From contig JBEKSY010000011.1 of assembly GCA_049516595.1 (NCBI GenBank), positions 25,063 through 89,062 of the forward strand: 64,000 nt of DNA. The letters run 5' to 3'. Source of the DNA: Anaerolineales bacterium. GTDB taxonomy: Bacteria > Chloroflexota > Anaerolineae > Anaerolineales > RBG-16-64-43. Within the stretch, counting starts at the first letter, position 1. The number at the start of each line of letters is the position of its first letter. A program made the position numbers and the translations under genes. The notes under the pieces were generated by a model that worked only from the letters and a program-made list of their open reading frames with translations, had not been told where the DNA came from and searched no databases. This document shows positions 52,235 through 61,699 of this stretch, in pieces.

Positions 52235-54322
52235 ATGATGGAGTTCCAGCTGCACGCACCCTATCAGCCCACCGGCGACCAACCGCAGGCCATTCAGGAG
52301 CTCCTGGAAGGCCTGCGCGCGAACGAGAAACACCTCGTGCTTCTGGGAGCCACCGGAACGGGCAAGACCTTCACGATCGCCAATGTGGTCGCCGCGGTCC
52401 AGCGACCCACGCTGGTGATTGTCCACAATAAGACCCTGGCGGCCCAGGATTACGCGGAGTTCCGCGACTTCTTTCCCCAAAATGCGGTGGAGTACTTTGT
52501 CTCCTATTACGACTACTACCAGCCGGAAGCCTATGTCCCTCGCCACGATCTGTACATTGAAAAGGAGACCGAGATCAACGAGGAGATCGAGCGGCTGCGG
52601 CTGGCCGCCACCACGGCCTTGCTTTCCCGTCGGGACGTGCTCATCGTCGCTTCCGTCTCCTGCATTTATGGCCTCGGGTCGCCGGAGGCGTACGGCAAGG
52701 TCGTGATCACCCTGGAAAAGGGCAAAGCCTACCGGCGCCAGGGCCTCTTGCGCCAACTCGTCGAGGGGCATTATGAGCGCAATGACACGGACCTGCGGCG
52801 TGGCACGTTCCGGGTGAGAGGCGACACGCTGGAGGTCATGCCGGCCTACGGCGAAACGGCCCTGCGCATTTCTTTTTTTGGAGATGAGATCGAACGCCTG
52901 ACCGAGCTGCAGCCGGTGACGGGAGAGCTGCTTTCCGATCTGGATCGGCTGGAAATCTATCCCGCTCGGCACTTCATCACCGAGGAGGAGAAGCTACGGG
53001 ATGCCCTCACCGACATCCAGGCCGAGCTCGAGCAGCGCCTGGCCTACTTTCGCGATCAAGGCAAAGTCCTGGAGGCCGAACGCCTGGAGCAGCGCACCCG
53101 CTACGACCTGGAGATGATCCGCGAGATCGGCTACTGCGCCGGGATTGAAAACTACTCCCGGCACCTGGACCGCCGGGCCGCCGGCTCGCCTCCCTGGACG
53201 CTGGTGGATTACTTCCCCGCGGACTACCTGCTGGTGCTGGACGAAAGCCACATGACGATCCCTCAGATCCGCGGGATGTGGGGCGGGGACCGCTCGCGCA
53301 AGCAGGTCCTGACGGATTATGGCTTTCGCCTGCCCTCGGCCCTTGACAATCGCCCCCTATCCTTTGAAGAGTTCGAGAGCCGGACCGGCCAGGTGATCTA
53401 CACCTCGGCCACGCCCGGGCCCTACGAACTAAAACGAGCCAACCGCGTGGTGGAGCAGGTGATCCGGCCGACCGGGATCCTCGACCCGCAGGTGGAAGTC
53501 CGGCCGATCGAGGGCCAGGTCGACGACCTCATGTCCGAGATCCGTTCCCGCGTGGCCGCAGGCGAGCGGGTTCTGGTCACGACCCTCACCAAGCGGATGG
53601 CCGAAGACCTTGCGGATTTTCTGCGGGAGGCGGGGGTCAAGGTCCACTACCTGCATTCGGAAGTCGAGACCCTGGAGCGGGTGGAAATCCTGCGGGATCT
53701 GCGCCTCGGGGAATACGACGTGGTGGTGGGGATCAATCTCTTGCGGGAGGGCCTGGACCTGCCGGAGGTTTCGCTGGTCGCGATTCTCGACGCGGACAAG
53801 GAGGGCTTCCTGCGCTCCGACACGGCCTTGATCCAGACCATCGGACGCGCCGCGCGCCACGTGCACGCCAAGGTCATCATGTATGCCGACCAGGTGACCG
53901 AGTCCATGCAGCGGGCGATCGACGAGACCGACCGCCGGCGCGCCAAGCAGGTGGCCTACAACCAGGCGCACGATATTGAGCCCGTGACCATCATCAAGGC
54001 CGTGCATGATCTCACCGAGCGTCTGCGCCTCGAGCACGAACCGGAGAAGCCCGTCCCGCCCGCCGCGGCGGGCCTACCCAGGGCCGAGATGGAACGGGTG
54101 GTTCGTGAGCTGGAGAAGGAAATGAAAGCGGCGGCTCAGGACTTGGAGTTCGAGAAAGCCGCCCTGCTGCGTGACCAGATCTTCGAGTTGCGGGGTGCCC
54201 TGGAAGAGCAGGGACTGAAAGAGAGGCTGGAGCGCGGGAAGGTTTCCTCGCGCTCGCCCGCTGGCCGGTTCTCTGGGACCCGCCGGTCTCGCGCTAACTC
54301 TCCCGGACGTCGATCACCTTGA
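52235..54322 (+). CDS. uvrB: Excinuclease ABC subunit B
   Basis: [23 protein letters not shown]…[12 protein letters not shown]…, helicase motifs, and C-terminal UVR …[19 protein letters not shown] 52235 lies within the long ORF 51506..54322. Confidence 0.95.
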   Translation: MMEFQLHAPYQPTGDQPQAIQELLEGLRANEKHLVLLGATGTGKTFTIANVVAAVQRPTLVIVHNKTLAAQDYAEFRDFFPQNAVEYFVSYYDYYQPEAYVPRHDLYIEKETEINEEIERLRLAATTALLSRRDVLIVASVSCIYGLGSPEAYGKVVITLEKGKAYRRQGLLRQLVEGHYERNDTDLRRGTFRVRGDTLEVMPAYGETALRISFFGDEIERLTELQPVTGELLSDLDRLEIYPARHFITEEEKLRDALTDIQAELEQRLAYFRDQGKVLEAERLEQRTRYDLEMIREIGYCAGIENYSRHLDRRAAGSPPWTLVDYFPADYLLVLDESHMTIPQIRGMWGGDRSRKQVLTDYGFRLPSALDNRPLSFEEFESRTGQVIYTSATPGPYELKRANRVVEQVIRPTGILDPQVEVRPIEGQVDDLMSEIRSRVAAGERVLVTTLTKRMAEDLADFLREAGVKVHYLHSEVETLERVEILRDLRLGEYDVVVGINLLREGLDLPEVSLVAILDADKEGFLRSDTALIQTIGRAARHVHAKVIMYADQVTESMQRAIDETDRRRAKQVAYNQAHDIEPVTIIKAVHDLTERLRLEHEPEKPVPPAAAGLPRAEMERVVRELEKEMKAAAQDLEFEKAALLRDQIFELRGALEEQGLKERLERGKVSSRSPAGRFSGTRRSRANSPGRRSP

Positions 54323-54935
54323 GGGCCAGGGGCTGGAGCGCCGCCAGGAGCGACTCGCGGTTCACCTCGGCCACCTTGACCGTGGCCACGCGATTGCTGG
54401 GGTCCTCCCCCATGAAAAGACCCATCGCCACAATGTTGCCGCCCAGGTTGGTGATGGTCCGCGCGAGCTGAGCCAAACCCCCTTTCTCCTCCTTGACCAG
54501 CAGGGTCAAGCGGATCCCTCGTTCGCGCGCGCCCATGAACTCCAGGAAGGTTTTCATCAGGTCGGACTCCGTGATGATCCCCACCAGCTGTTCCCCCCGC
54601 AGCACCGGGAGCCCGCCGATCTTGTTGTCGACCATGATGCGGGCCGCTTCCTCCAGAGGCGTATCCTCGGAAACCGTGACGAGCTGGCGCGACATGATTC
54701 GATCCACCCTCAGCTTGCTCAACAGGTAGGTGATTTCCCATACACTCAGGCTCGTCGCGGGAGAGGGAGAGGCCGAGAGCAAATGCTTGTCGGTGACGAT
54801 CCCGACCAGCTTGCCGTGATCCATGACCGGCAAACGGCGGATGTGCTCCTCCTTCAGCAGATTGAGCGCATCCGGAACGGTCGTCTGGGGTGGGATGGTG
54901 ATAACCGGCTTGCTCATGCGTTCGCGCACCAACAT
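54294..54935 (-). CDS. CBS-pair plus ACT domain protein (AcuB-like)
   Basis: Two CBS repeats (…[21 protein letters not shown]… and …[21 protein letters not shown]…) and an ACT-like C-terminus. Its 3' end overlaps uvrB by 29 nt, convergently. Confidence 0.85.
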   Translation of the reverse strand: MLVRERMSKPVITIPPQTTVPDALNLLKEEHIRRLPVMDHGKLVGIVTDKHLLSASPSPATSLSVWEITYLLSKLRVDRIMSRQLVTVSEDTPLEEAARIMVDNKIGGLPVLRGEQLVGIITESDLMKTFLEFMGARERGIRLTLLVKEEKGGLAQLARTITNLGGNIVAMGLFMGEDPSNRVATVKVAEVNRESLLAALQPLALKVIDVRES

Positions 54936-55182
54936 GATGGCCTCCTCACTCAGGTCGCCCGAGATCCGGCCGCGGCAGGAATCTCTCGGCCGCCGGGACG
55001 GCTTATCTCACACCAGTTTACCTTGAGCTCAAATCCTTCCGCAATCAGGTAATGGGGCCCGGCCCATCCCCTGGCCACGGGCAAGCGCGCCGGAGCTATT
55101 CTCAGGCAGATTAGAGTCCCCTCTTGTCATCTACCTCCCAGGTTTCGGCCCATAACCGCAATTGGATAAAAAAGGTCTATCT

Positions 55183-55212
55183 TTGACAAATCGTCTCCCG
55201 GACTGGTAGAAT
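55183..55212 (+). promoter_or_regulatory. Near-consensus sigma70-type promoter of moaA
   Basis: TTGACA (55183..55188), an 18-nt spacer, then TG-g-TAGAAT (55207..55212). Only 9 nt separate the -10 element from the moaA ATG at 55222. Confidence 0.6.
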
Positions 55213-55221
55213 GGCGAAGAT

Positions 55222-56220
55222 ATGGCCATCGATCGATTCGGAAGGAAAATCCACTACCTGCGCATCAGCCTCACCGACCGATGCAACTTGCGCTGCGTGT
55301 ACTGCATGCCGGAGAGCATGCGCTTCCGCCCCCGGCCCGAGCTGATGACCGACGAGGAGGTCCTCAGCCTGGCGCGTGTCTTCGCCGACCTGGGCTTTGA
55401 CAAGTTCCGCCTCACCGGTGGTGAGCCCACCATGCGCGAGGGCCTGGTCGACCTGGTCGGCGGCCTGCGCCGGACCCCGGGCGTCGATTCGATTTCGATG
55501 ACCACCAACGGGTTGCTGCTCGAAAAGCTAGCCGAACCGCTGGCCCGGGCGGGCCTGAAGCGCGTCAATGTCAGCCTCGACACCCTCGATCCGGAGCGCT
55601 TTCACCGCATTACGCGCTGGGGGCGCTTGGACAAGGTGTGGGCGGGAATCGTCGCCGCCGAGCGAGCGGGCCTGGCCCCCATCAAGATCAACGCCGTGGT
55701 CGTTCGCGGCTTCAACGAGCAGGACCTGCCCGCCATGGCAGCACTTACCCTGGAGCACCCATGGCAGGTCCGCTTTATTGAAGTGATGCCCTTTGCCGGG
55801 CCGAGCGAACTGCAGCAAGGCTCGGTGGTCCCGGCGGCGGAAATGATGCATGCCATCGAGCAGGCTCTGGGCCCTCTCGAGCCCCTGCTCGAGGAGGGGT
55901 CGCCAGGCAGGCCGATCCTGGACGGAGAGGCCCGCCTCTATCGGCTTTCCCAAGCGGAAGGCACCCTCGGGTTTATCTCATCGGTGACCCAACCCTTCTG
56001 CGCCCAATGCACCCGGGCCCGGCTAACCGCCGACGGGCGCTTGCGCCTGTGTCTCCTGCGCGAAAAGGAGGTCGACCTGCTCAGCCCTCTCCGGGCGGGT
56101 GCCTCCATTGAGGAGATCGAGAAGCGCATCCTCGAAGGGGTCTGGTTCAAGCCCTGGGGCCACGGCTTGGCGCACAACGTCTTTGCGCACAACCGGGTCA
56201 TGAACGAGATCGGTGGCTGA
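55222..56220 (+). CDS. moaA: GTP 3',8-cyclase (molybdenum cofactor biosynthesis protein A)
   Basis: YLRISLTDRCNLRCVYCMP (radical-SAM CxxxCxxC) and a C-terminal CAQCTRARLTADG cluster. Confidence 0.95.
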   Translation: MAIDRFGRKIHYLRISLTDRCNLRCVYCMPESMRFRPRPELMTDEEVLSLARVFADLGFDKFRLTGGEPTMREGLVDLVGGLRRTPGVDSISMTTNGLLLEKLAEPLARAGLKRVNVSLDTLDPERFHRITRWGRLDKVWAGIVAAERAGLAPIKINAVVVRGFNEQDLPAMAALTLEHPWQVRFIEVMPFAGPSELQQGSVVPAAEMMHAIEQALGPLEPLLEEGSPGRPILDGEARLYRLSQAEGTLGFISSVTQPFCAQCTRARLTADGRLRLCLLREKEVDLLSPLRAGASIEEIEKRILEGVWFKPWGHGLAHNVFAHNRVMNEIGG

Positions 56221-56465
56221 GGGCCCTTTCCCCCGCTAGGCCAGCCGACCCGCGCCCTGCCGAAACTGTTCTCCCCGAAACCTCCTCCCCTTTCCATCCA
56301 TTCGCAGTCGGCCGCCTCGGCTTAGGGCGCGCCCAAGAGACGAGGCCGGGAACTTTCTGGGTCCCCAGATCGTCTACTGGAGGAATGGCAGGGCATGGGA
56401 TAATGGACCCATCCCGGCTGCCTCGATCCGCGCAGCATCATTACACCATCCCACAGGAGGAAATC

Positions 56466-57203
56466 ATGAGACGCCGCACGAAGATTCTGGGACTGGGCCT
56501 CCTGGTCACCGCTTTGCTGGCCAGTTGTGCCGGTGGGGTTCCACCCGCCTCCGTCGCAACCGCCGCGCCCAATGCAATGGATCACACCATCTCCGTCAGC
56601 GGGGAAGGCAAGATTAACGTCAGCCCGGACGTTGCGGTGGCGACCCTGGGGGTCGAGACGCGCAACCTGGATGTCACCGCGGCCGTCACGGACAACACGA
56701 CCAAGGCCAAGGCGATAGGCGATGCGATTCGAGCCCTGGGTGTCCAGGACAAGGACATTCAGACCTCGAATTTCACAGTCTATTCCCAGGACATCACTGG
56801 CCCGAATGGCCAGTCGACCGGCCAGGTGAACTACGTGGTGGACAATTCGGTATCGATCACGCTACGCGATCTATCCAAGGTGGGGCAGATTCTGGGGGCC
56901 GCGCTGGGGGCGGGCGCCAACTCGGTCCAGGGGGTGAGCTTCAGCCTGCAAGACCCGACCCAGGCGATGTCCCAGGCGCGTGTCAAGGCCGTGGCCGACG
57001 CCCAGGCTCGGGCCGCAACCCTGGCCGCGGCCGCCGGCGTGAAGCTGGGGACACCACTCTCTATCAGTGAGGTCGCGGTCTCCCCCGTTCCGGTCATGGC
57101 GGCTGCGCTGGGACTGGGCGGAGGGGGCGGCGGTTCCGTGCCAGTCTCCTCCGGCACCGTGTCGGTGGATGTTAGCGTGACGATGGTGTTCCAGATCCAG
57201 TAA
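56466..57203 (+). CDS. SIMPL-domain (DUF541) lipoprotein
   Basis: MRRRTKILGLGLLVTALLASC (lipobox) and ISVSGEGKINVSPDVAVATLGVETR…IQTSNFTVY… RBS CAGGAGG lies upstream. Confidence 0.85.
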   Translation: MRRRTKILGLGLLVTALLASCAGGVPPASVATAAPNAMDHTISVSGEGKINVSPDVAVATLGVETRNLDVTAAVTDNTTKAKAIGDAIRALGVQDKDIQTSNFTVYSQDITGPNGQSTGQVNYVVDNSVSITLRDLSKVGQILGAALGAGANSVQGVSFSLQDPTQAMSQARVKAVADAQARAATLAAAAGVKLGTPLSISEVAVSPVPVMAAALGLGGGGGGSVPVSSGTVSVDVSVTMVFQIQ

Positions 57204-57229
57204 CCTGCCCGGGGTTCAAAGAGTCATAC

Positions 57230-57268
57230 GGCGGCGCGCCGAGTGGGTCTGGCGCGCCGCCTCCTAGT
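57230..57268 (+). terminator. GC-rich 11-bp hairpin after the SIMPL gene
   Basis: GGCGGCGCGCC-(10 nt)-GGCGCGCCGCC followed by TCCTAGTTGGG. The U tract is poor. Confidence 0.45.
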
Positions 57269-57374
57269 TGGGCTCATTCCTCGCCGAAGCCTGGAGCCTG
57301 CGGGCGTTGTCCTGGCCAGACACTCCCGAGATGAATCTGGGTGTGCCCAGGGCCTCCAGGGTCCTGCCAATCTC

Positions 57375-58700
57375 AGCCCGCGGAAGAGACTTGCAGGCTG
57401 GGGTAGCCGAAACCCCCGTCCGAACTTGTTGAGGGGATTTCCAGCTCAAGCCGCGCGCCGGTAGGCGTGGTGCAATCCATGGAGGAACGGAAGCGCGACA
57501 AATCGCCCTTGGCGAGGCCCGGCGCGCTTGGATTCGATCCTCCCTGAGACCTTCTGCGCAATCCCCTGGCGCGGCCGGGCACGGTTGAAGTAGTCGACGT
57601 ATTCCTCGACTATGCGATGCAAGTGTCTTTCTCCGACGATTAGCAAGTGATCGAGGCAGTCTCTCCGCACACTGCCCAGGAACCGTTCGCAGACCCCTTG
57701 GCTTTTGGAGCGCGACAGGGCGTCTTCAGGGCTTCAAGGGAGCTTGCCTTGGCGACTCGTGCGAAATCGTTGCCGTACTTGCTGTCCCGATCGCGACTCA
57801 GAAAACGCGGCGCATGGCCAAAGGGCATGGCTTCGCGAAGTTGTTGTGCCACCCAGGCATCGGTCGGATGAGAGGTGCCCCGGAAGGAAACGACCCGCCG
57901 CGAGCGGGGCTCGAGGATGAAGAAGGCGTAGATCTGCCGAAAGACCAGGTTGATGACTGGAAGGAAGTGGCAGGCCCCCACACCGGTTGGGCGTGATTCC
58001 TGACGGAAGTTGACCAATTCTGAGTTGGGGCGGGGTGGGGGCGCGCCAAACGCATGTACTTCTGGATCGTCGGCCCCTGGCCTGCGGCTAGGGCAGGCTT
58101 GCGACCTGGATTCCGAGTTTCATGAGTTCGCCACGGATGCGTTCCGTGCCCCACAGGGTATTCTCCCTGGCCATCTGCTGGATCAAAGCGATGGTTTCGG
58201 AGGCTACCCTGGGGCGCCCAACCCCGTTGCGGGACTTGAACTTCGAGAACAGCCGGAAGCTTTGGCGATCCCAGCCCAGGAGGGTATCGGGCTTGAGGAT
58301 GAGGAACGTTTCCTTCCAACGGTGGGCCCGGCTGGCGAGGAGGACGACCCAGAGGCGATCGGTTTGGGTGAAGCGTGGTTTCTGGACCAGGTGCTGGAGG
58401 AGGATCAGTTGTTGGCGGAGGAGAGCATTCTCGGCGATGAATTGGGCCTTGGTGCGGGTGACATCGCGCGCTATGGCGAGAACGACGGAAACGCGGGAGG
58501 CCTTGGTCAGGTGGCGGAAAGCCTGTTCCAGTGTGGGCACTGCTGAGCAAACGGTTGGATAAATGGCTTGACAATGGAGGACACGCGGATTGATCCCTCG
58601 ACAGCCTGACAGAATCGGTCGATAGAGTACATTGCACACCCGATCCGAATCCATCGTCGGGCGGATGAGGTTCTTGGCTAGGACAGGTGGCCTTGGCTCT
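57375..58700 (-). mobile_element. Decayed IS copy A: rve (integrase-core) DDE transposase split over at least 4 frames
   Basis: The N-terminal part reads …AENALLRQQLILLQ…PRFTQTDRLWVVLL…ARENTLWGTERIRGELMKLG (ORF 58088..58912 frame). Then …TIQKYMRLARP…QNWSTSVRNHA; then …FLPVINLVFRQIYAFFILEPRSRRVV…HPTDAWVAQQLREA…RDRDSKYG; then …RRDCLDHLLIVGERHLHRIVEEYVDYFNRARP. Family is IS481/IS3-superfamily-like. The upper boundary is approximate. Confidence 0.7.
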
Positions 58701-58735
58701 CGGAACAGGGGGCATCTTTCGATGGTTTCTGGGTA

Positions 58736-58780
58736 TTGACGTCGGCATATCCAGTGATATAATATGGGTATTCTGGATAT
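58736..58780 (+). promoter_or_regulatory. Promoter plus palindromic operator of the MqsR-like/antitoxin operon
   Basis: TTGACG (58736..58741), a 16-nt spacer, then TATAAT (58758..58763). Exact 8-bp inverted repeat ATATCCAG (58747..58754) and CTGGATAT (58773..58780) brackets the -10. Confidence 0.55.
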
Positions 58781-58838
58781 CACATGATATTGGAATCGCC
58801 CATGCTGGGTGTTGGACCGGACATGACAGGAGCAGAAG

Positions 58839-59194
58839 TTGCCCGAGGCCAACAAAGAAGAGGTCCGGCGGTTCCTGCATCGCTTCAAGGGAATCGCGGG
58901 CTCCAGACACATCTACCTTGTCGACACGGACAAGACCGACCAGACACTCCTTCGCTTGGCCTCACCAGGGGCAACTGCAAGGACGAGATTCTGGCATTGT
59001 CTGTCCTAGACTACTCTTTAGGACCCCAACCTGACCTTAACCGCTCCGGTGAAGTTTGGGTGTTCGGCAAGAGCATTAGCGGACTCGAGATCTACATCAA
59101 GCTGAAGATTGTGGAGACTCCCTCATCTGAAGCTGCAGTTTGTCTGTCGTTCCACATCGCCGAGAGGCCCATGGCCTATCCGCTGAAACCCTGA
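58839..59194 (+). pseudogene. MqsR-like toxin, frameshifted
   Basis: A TTG at 58839 (after AGGAG) opens a frame reading PEANKEEVRRFLHRFKGIAGSRHIYLVDTDKTDQTLLRL. The conserved C-terminus GLTRGNCKDEILALSVLDYSLGP…EVWVFGKSISGLEIYIKLKIV…VCLSFHIAE (cf. MqsR …DFYKSM…WQDVY…YLKITV…SFKE) continues in the -1 frame from about 58958. Confidence 0.6.
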
Positions 59195-59232
59195 TCCAGC
59201 GTCAGCCTGCAAGACAAAAGAGGAGGACCGCA

Positions 59233-60234
59233 GTGAAAGGCTTCTGCCCACATTGCGAGAAGGAGCGCGATCTAACTTCGATTCAGAGCTTAAGAGAATA
59301 CACAGTCAAAGGGGAGAAGATTGCAGTACAGAGGCATGTCCTCAAGTGCCAAACCTGTGACAAGGAGTTTGATCCCCCGGATGATTCTCATGACCCCTTG
59401 GATGAGGCCTATCGCGAGTATCGAGCCCGCCATGGGATGATTCAACCGGCGGAAATCCGGCGATTCCGAAGCTCACTCGGTCTAAGCCAAAGTGATCTCG
59501 CCGGTCTGCTGGGGTGGGGGGGTGCCACTCTCAGTCGCTACGAGAACGGCGCTCTCCAAGACGACGCCCACGACAGAGCTCTCTTACTCGCTATGGATAC
59601 GGCTAACCTCCTGCGGCTCGCGGAAGCGAACCCAATTGCACTCCCTTCAGATAAACTTGGTCGCCTCATTTCGACCCTAAGGGCGCGCTTGGGGGAGGAC
59701 GAGGTGACGCTCAAAAGGCTCTACGAGGCACGGTTCGGTCAATACGAACCGGATATTTACACTGGCTACCGCAGGTTCAGTCTTGAGAGGGTCTTCAACG
59801 CGATCCTGTTCTTCTGCACAAACCTGGAAGTGGTCAAGACTAAGCTGAACAAACTCCTCTTCTACTCGGACTTCAAGCACTTCAAAGACTATACAGTCTC
59901 GATCACAGGTGCCCGGTATGCACATCTCCCCTATGGTCCTGCACCCGACGGCTACTCCTCCTTCCTGGCCATGCTGCAGGAGGGAGAGAAATCCATCGTG
60001 ACCGAGGAGCGAATGTTCAATGACCATGTCGGCGAGGTGCTGATTGCATTGCGGTCTCCTGACATCGCGGCATTTTCCTCAAGCGAGATCAAAGTCCTTG
60101 CTCTGGTGAAGGAAAGATTCGACTCCTACTCAGCGAAGCAGCTCAGCGACCTTTCTCACAAGGAGAAGGGCTACCTGGAAACCCATGATGGGGAGCTGAT
60201 CTCGTACGACCACGCAGAGTCGCTTGCTCTGTAG
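59233..60234 (+). CDS. Antitoxin: MqsA-like zinc ribbon + XRE HTH fused to a Panacea (DUF4065/SocA-like) domain
   Basis: CPHCEKERDL…KCQTCDKEF (Zn ribbon). IRRFRSSLGLSQSDLAGLLGWGGATLSRYENG (HTH). C-terminal …VKTKLNKLLFYSDFKHFKDYTVSITGARYAHLPYGPAPDGY… (DUF4065 pattern). GTG 59233 follows AGAGGAGGA. Confidence 0.8.
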   Translation: MKGFCPHCEKERDLTSIQSLREYTVKGEKIAVQRHVLKCQTCDKEFDPPDDSHDPLDEAYREYRARHGMIQPAEIRRFRSSLGLSQSDLAGLLGWGGATLSRYENGALQDDAHDRALLLAMDTANLLRLAEANPIALPSDKLGRLISTLRARLGEDEVTLKRLYEARFGQYEPDIYTGYRRFSLERVFNAILFFCTNLEVVKTKLNKLLFYSDFKHFKDYTVSITGARYAHLPYGPAPDGYSSFLAMLQEGEKSIVTEERMFNDHVGEVLIALRSPDIAAFSSSEIKVLALVKERFDSYSAKQLSDLSHKEKGYLETHDGELISYDHAESLAL

Positions 60235-60361
60235 TCCCTGCCCCTCGCCTGCTCCCTGGTCCGTATCGCGACTCATGGGAGCAATCGGGTCGGCTGAGAA
60301 CGCGGATCCCACTTACCCCCAAGCGCTGAGGGGAATTGGCTGACGGCGATCCAAAGGCTTG

Positions 60362-60429
60362 GCCCGCGGAAGAGACTTGCAGGCTGGGGTAGCCGAAAAC
60401 CCCGTCCGAACTTGTTGAGGGGATTCCCA
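60362..60429. repeat. Solo ~68-nt copy of the sequence at the 3' end of IS copy A
   Basis: GCCCGCGGAAGAGACTTGCAGGCTGGGGTAGCCGAAAACCCCGTCCGAACTTGTTGAGGGGATTCCCA nearly matches 57375..57442, with 2-3 differences. Same orientation. Confidence 0.75.
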
Positions 60430-60893
60430 AGGCGGATTCGCGTTGCGGCACCAAGAGGATAGGGTAAGCAGGCTACCCACAGCGTGCATTGCCCAACGCC
60501 AGAGTGGGTTCAGGCTGCTTCGAACTGACCGCAGACTGGGCGAGAAGCAGGCTCAATCACGAAAGGATCGACTTGTTGCCCTACTGCCGCGTGCGAGTTG
60601 AGGTGAAACCTGGGACGGCGAACGACGGAAAGCCCGCGAAACTTCCATCCAGCCCCGCGGTAGTCCTTCGTTGGGCTTCTGGCATGGCCTCTTGCTCAAC
60701 CCGTCTCGGCTGGGAGGCGGAAGGGCAACGTTGCTTGGCCTGTCTTGTCGGTCGACAATGAAGGCTGGAGTTCATGAGCCGGTCTAAGTCGGCCAAAGAG
60801 TCACTTAATTTCTGGGCCCTTTCGTATCAATGCGTTCTGGGCAATACATGCACTACTCTTTTCACAAAGCGCCAGCCAGTGGCTGGGTTGCGG

Positions 60894-61331
60894 TCACCCC
60901 AGGCGCTCGGGCCATGCTACCAATCCAACTCGTTGCGCCCCGCGCCAGAGGTCCTTGTCGTAGGTGGCCAACGTCACAGCCCTCTCCAAGGCACGTTGCC
61001 AGGAGAGAGCGCTCGCCAGGTGGACAGCATCGTACCCGCGAAGATCCTGCTCCCATGCCAGAGTGTCAGATTCGGCTGTGATGGCCTCTGTCAGTTGGAT
61101 GGCTGTGAGTTCCGACCATTGCCTCCTGAACGCTCTCAGGGCAGCCTCGCCGTGCTGGCGATCAAGCGAGCCCAAACGCACGAGCTTGGCGATGGCTGCC
61201 GAGATCTCAGGGCGCGTGATCAGCGCTGTGCCGACCACGTCGGCTTGGCGGACCAGCGCTTCCACTTCTCGCGATCCCGCTTCTGCAAGATAGCGCTTGG
61301 CGAACGCACTGGAGTCAACATACAGGATCAT
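60894..61331 (-). CDS. vapC: PIN-domain toxin VapC
   Basis: MILYVDSSAFAKRYL… (N-terminal Asp), …GYDAVHLASAL…TYDKDL. ATGA overlap with the upstream antitoxin gene. Confidence 0.9.
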   Translation of the reverse strand: MILYVDSSAFAKRYLAEAGSREVEALVRQADVVGTALITRPEISAAIAKLVRLGSLDRQHGEAALRAFRRQWSELTAIQLTEAITAESDTLAWEQDLRGYDAVHLASALSWQRALERAVTLATYDKDLWRGAQRVGLVAWPERLG

Positions 61332-61603
61332 CGTCTCTCCGCGACGATGGTCTCTGCAACCGTCCTCTTGCCTCGCGCCCTGGCCACCGGCTTCGCCGGA
61401 GAGAGTCTCTTCCCGCTCCAGCGGATCAGCCCGGCCTGGTCCAGCTCCGCAAGCCGTTCTTCAAGGGTCTGACCTTGAGGAATGAGCCGTCCTACGGGTT
61501 TCCCGCGCTCCGTGACGACGATCGTCTCACCCTGCTTGACGCGCCTTAGGTACTCGCTCAGTCGCGACTTGAGTTCTCGCACTCCAACTGTCATCTCGCC
61601 CAT
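61328..61603 (-). CDS. Phd/YefM-family antitoxin
   Basis: VGVRELKSRLSEYLRRVKQGETIVVTERGKPVGRLIP is typical of the Phd/YefM N-terminal domain. Confidence 0.9.
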   Translation of the reverse strand: MGEMTVGVRELKSRLSEYLRRVKQGETIVVTERGKPVGRLIPQGQTLEERLAELDQAGLIRWSGKRLSPAKPVARARGKRTVAETIVAERR

Positions 61604-61634
61604 GGTTCCCGTCCTCCCCCGATCATGTGCCTAC

Positions 61635-61663
61635 ATTATACAACATGTGGACACTTTCTCCAA
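61635..61663 (-). promoter_or_regulatory. Promoter of the phd-vapC operon
   Basis: The minus strand reads TTGGAG, a 17-nt spacer, then TATAAT (plus-strand ATTATA at 61635..61640 and CTCCAA at 61658..61663). RBS GGGGGAGGA precedes the ATG. CACATG is repeated on both sides of the -10. Confidence 0.55.
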
Positions 61664-61699
61664 ACTCGCCGTGGTGCCGAATGACCAGGGGAGACAGCT

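Noticed and set aside
57525-57545. tRNA T-arm-like GGATTCGATCC strings at about 57530 and about 61830.
   Set aside because: They lie inside the C-terminal coding region of the two IS transposase copies. They have no acceptor or anticodon arms around them.
60430-60893. ORFs 60489..60761 (+) and 60581..60796 (-) as possible genes or a group II intron RT remnant (…GFPSFAVPGFTS…).
   Set aside because: There are no convincing motifs in any frame. The similarity to the RT FLGF block is too weak. I left the region as unassigned island DNA.
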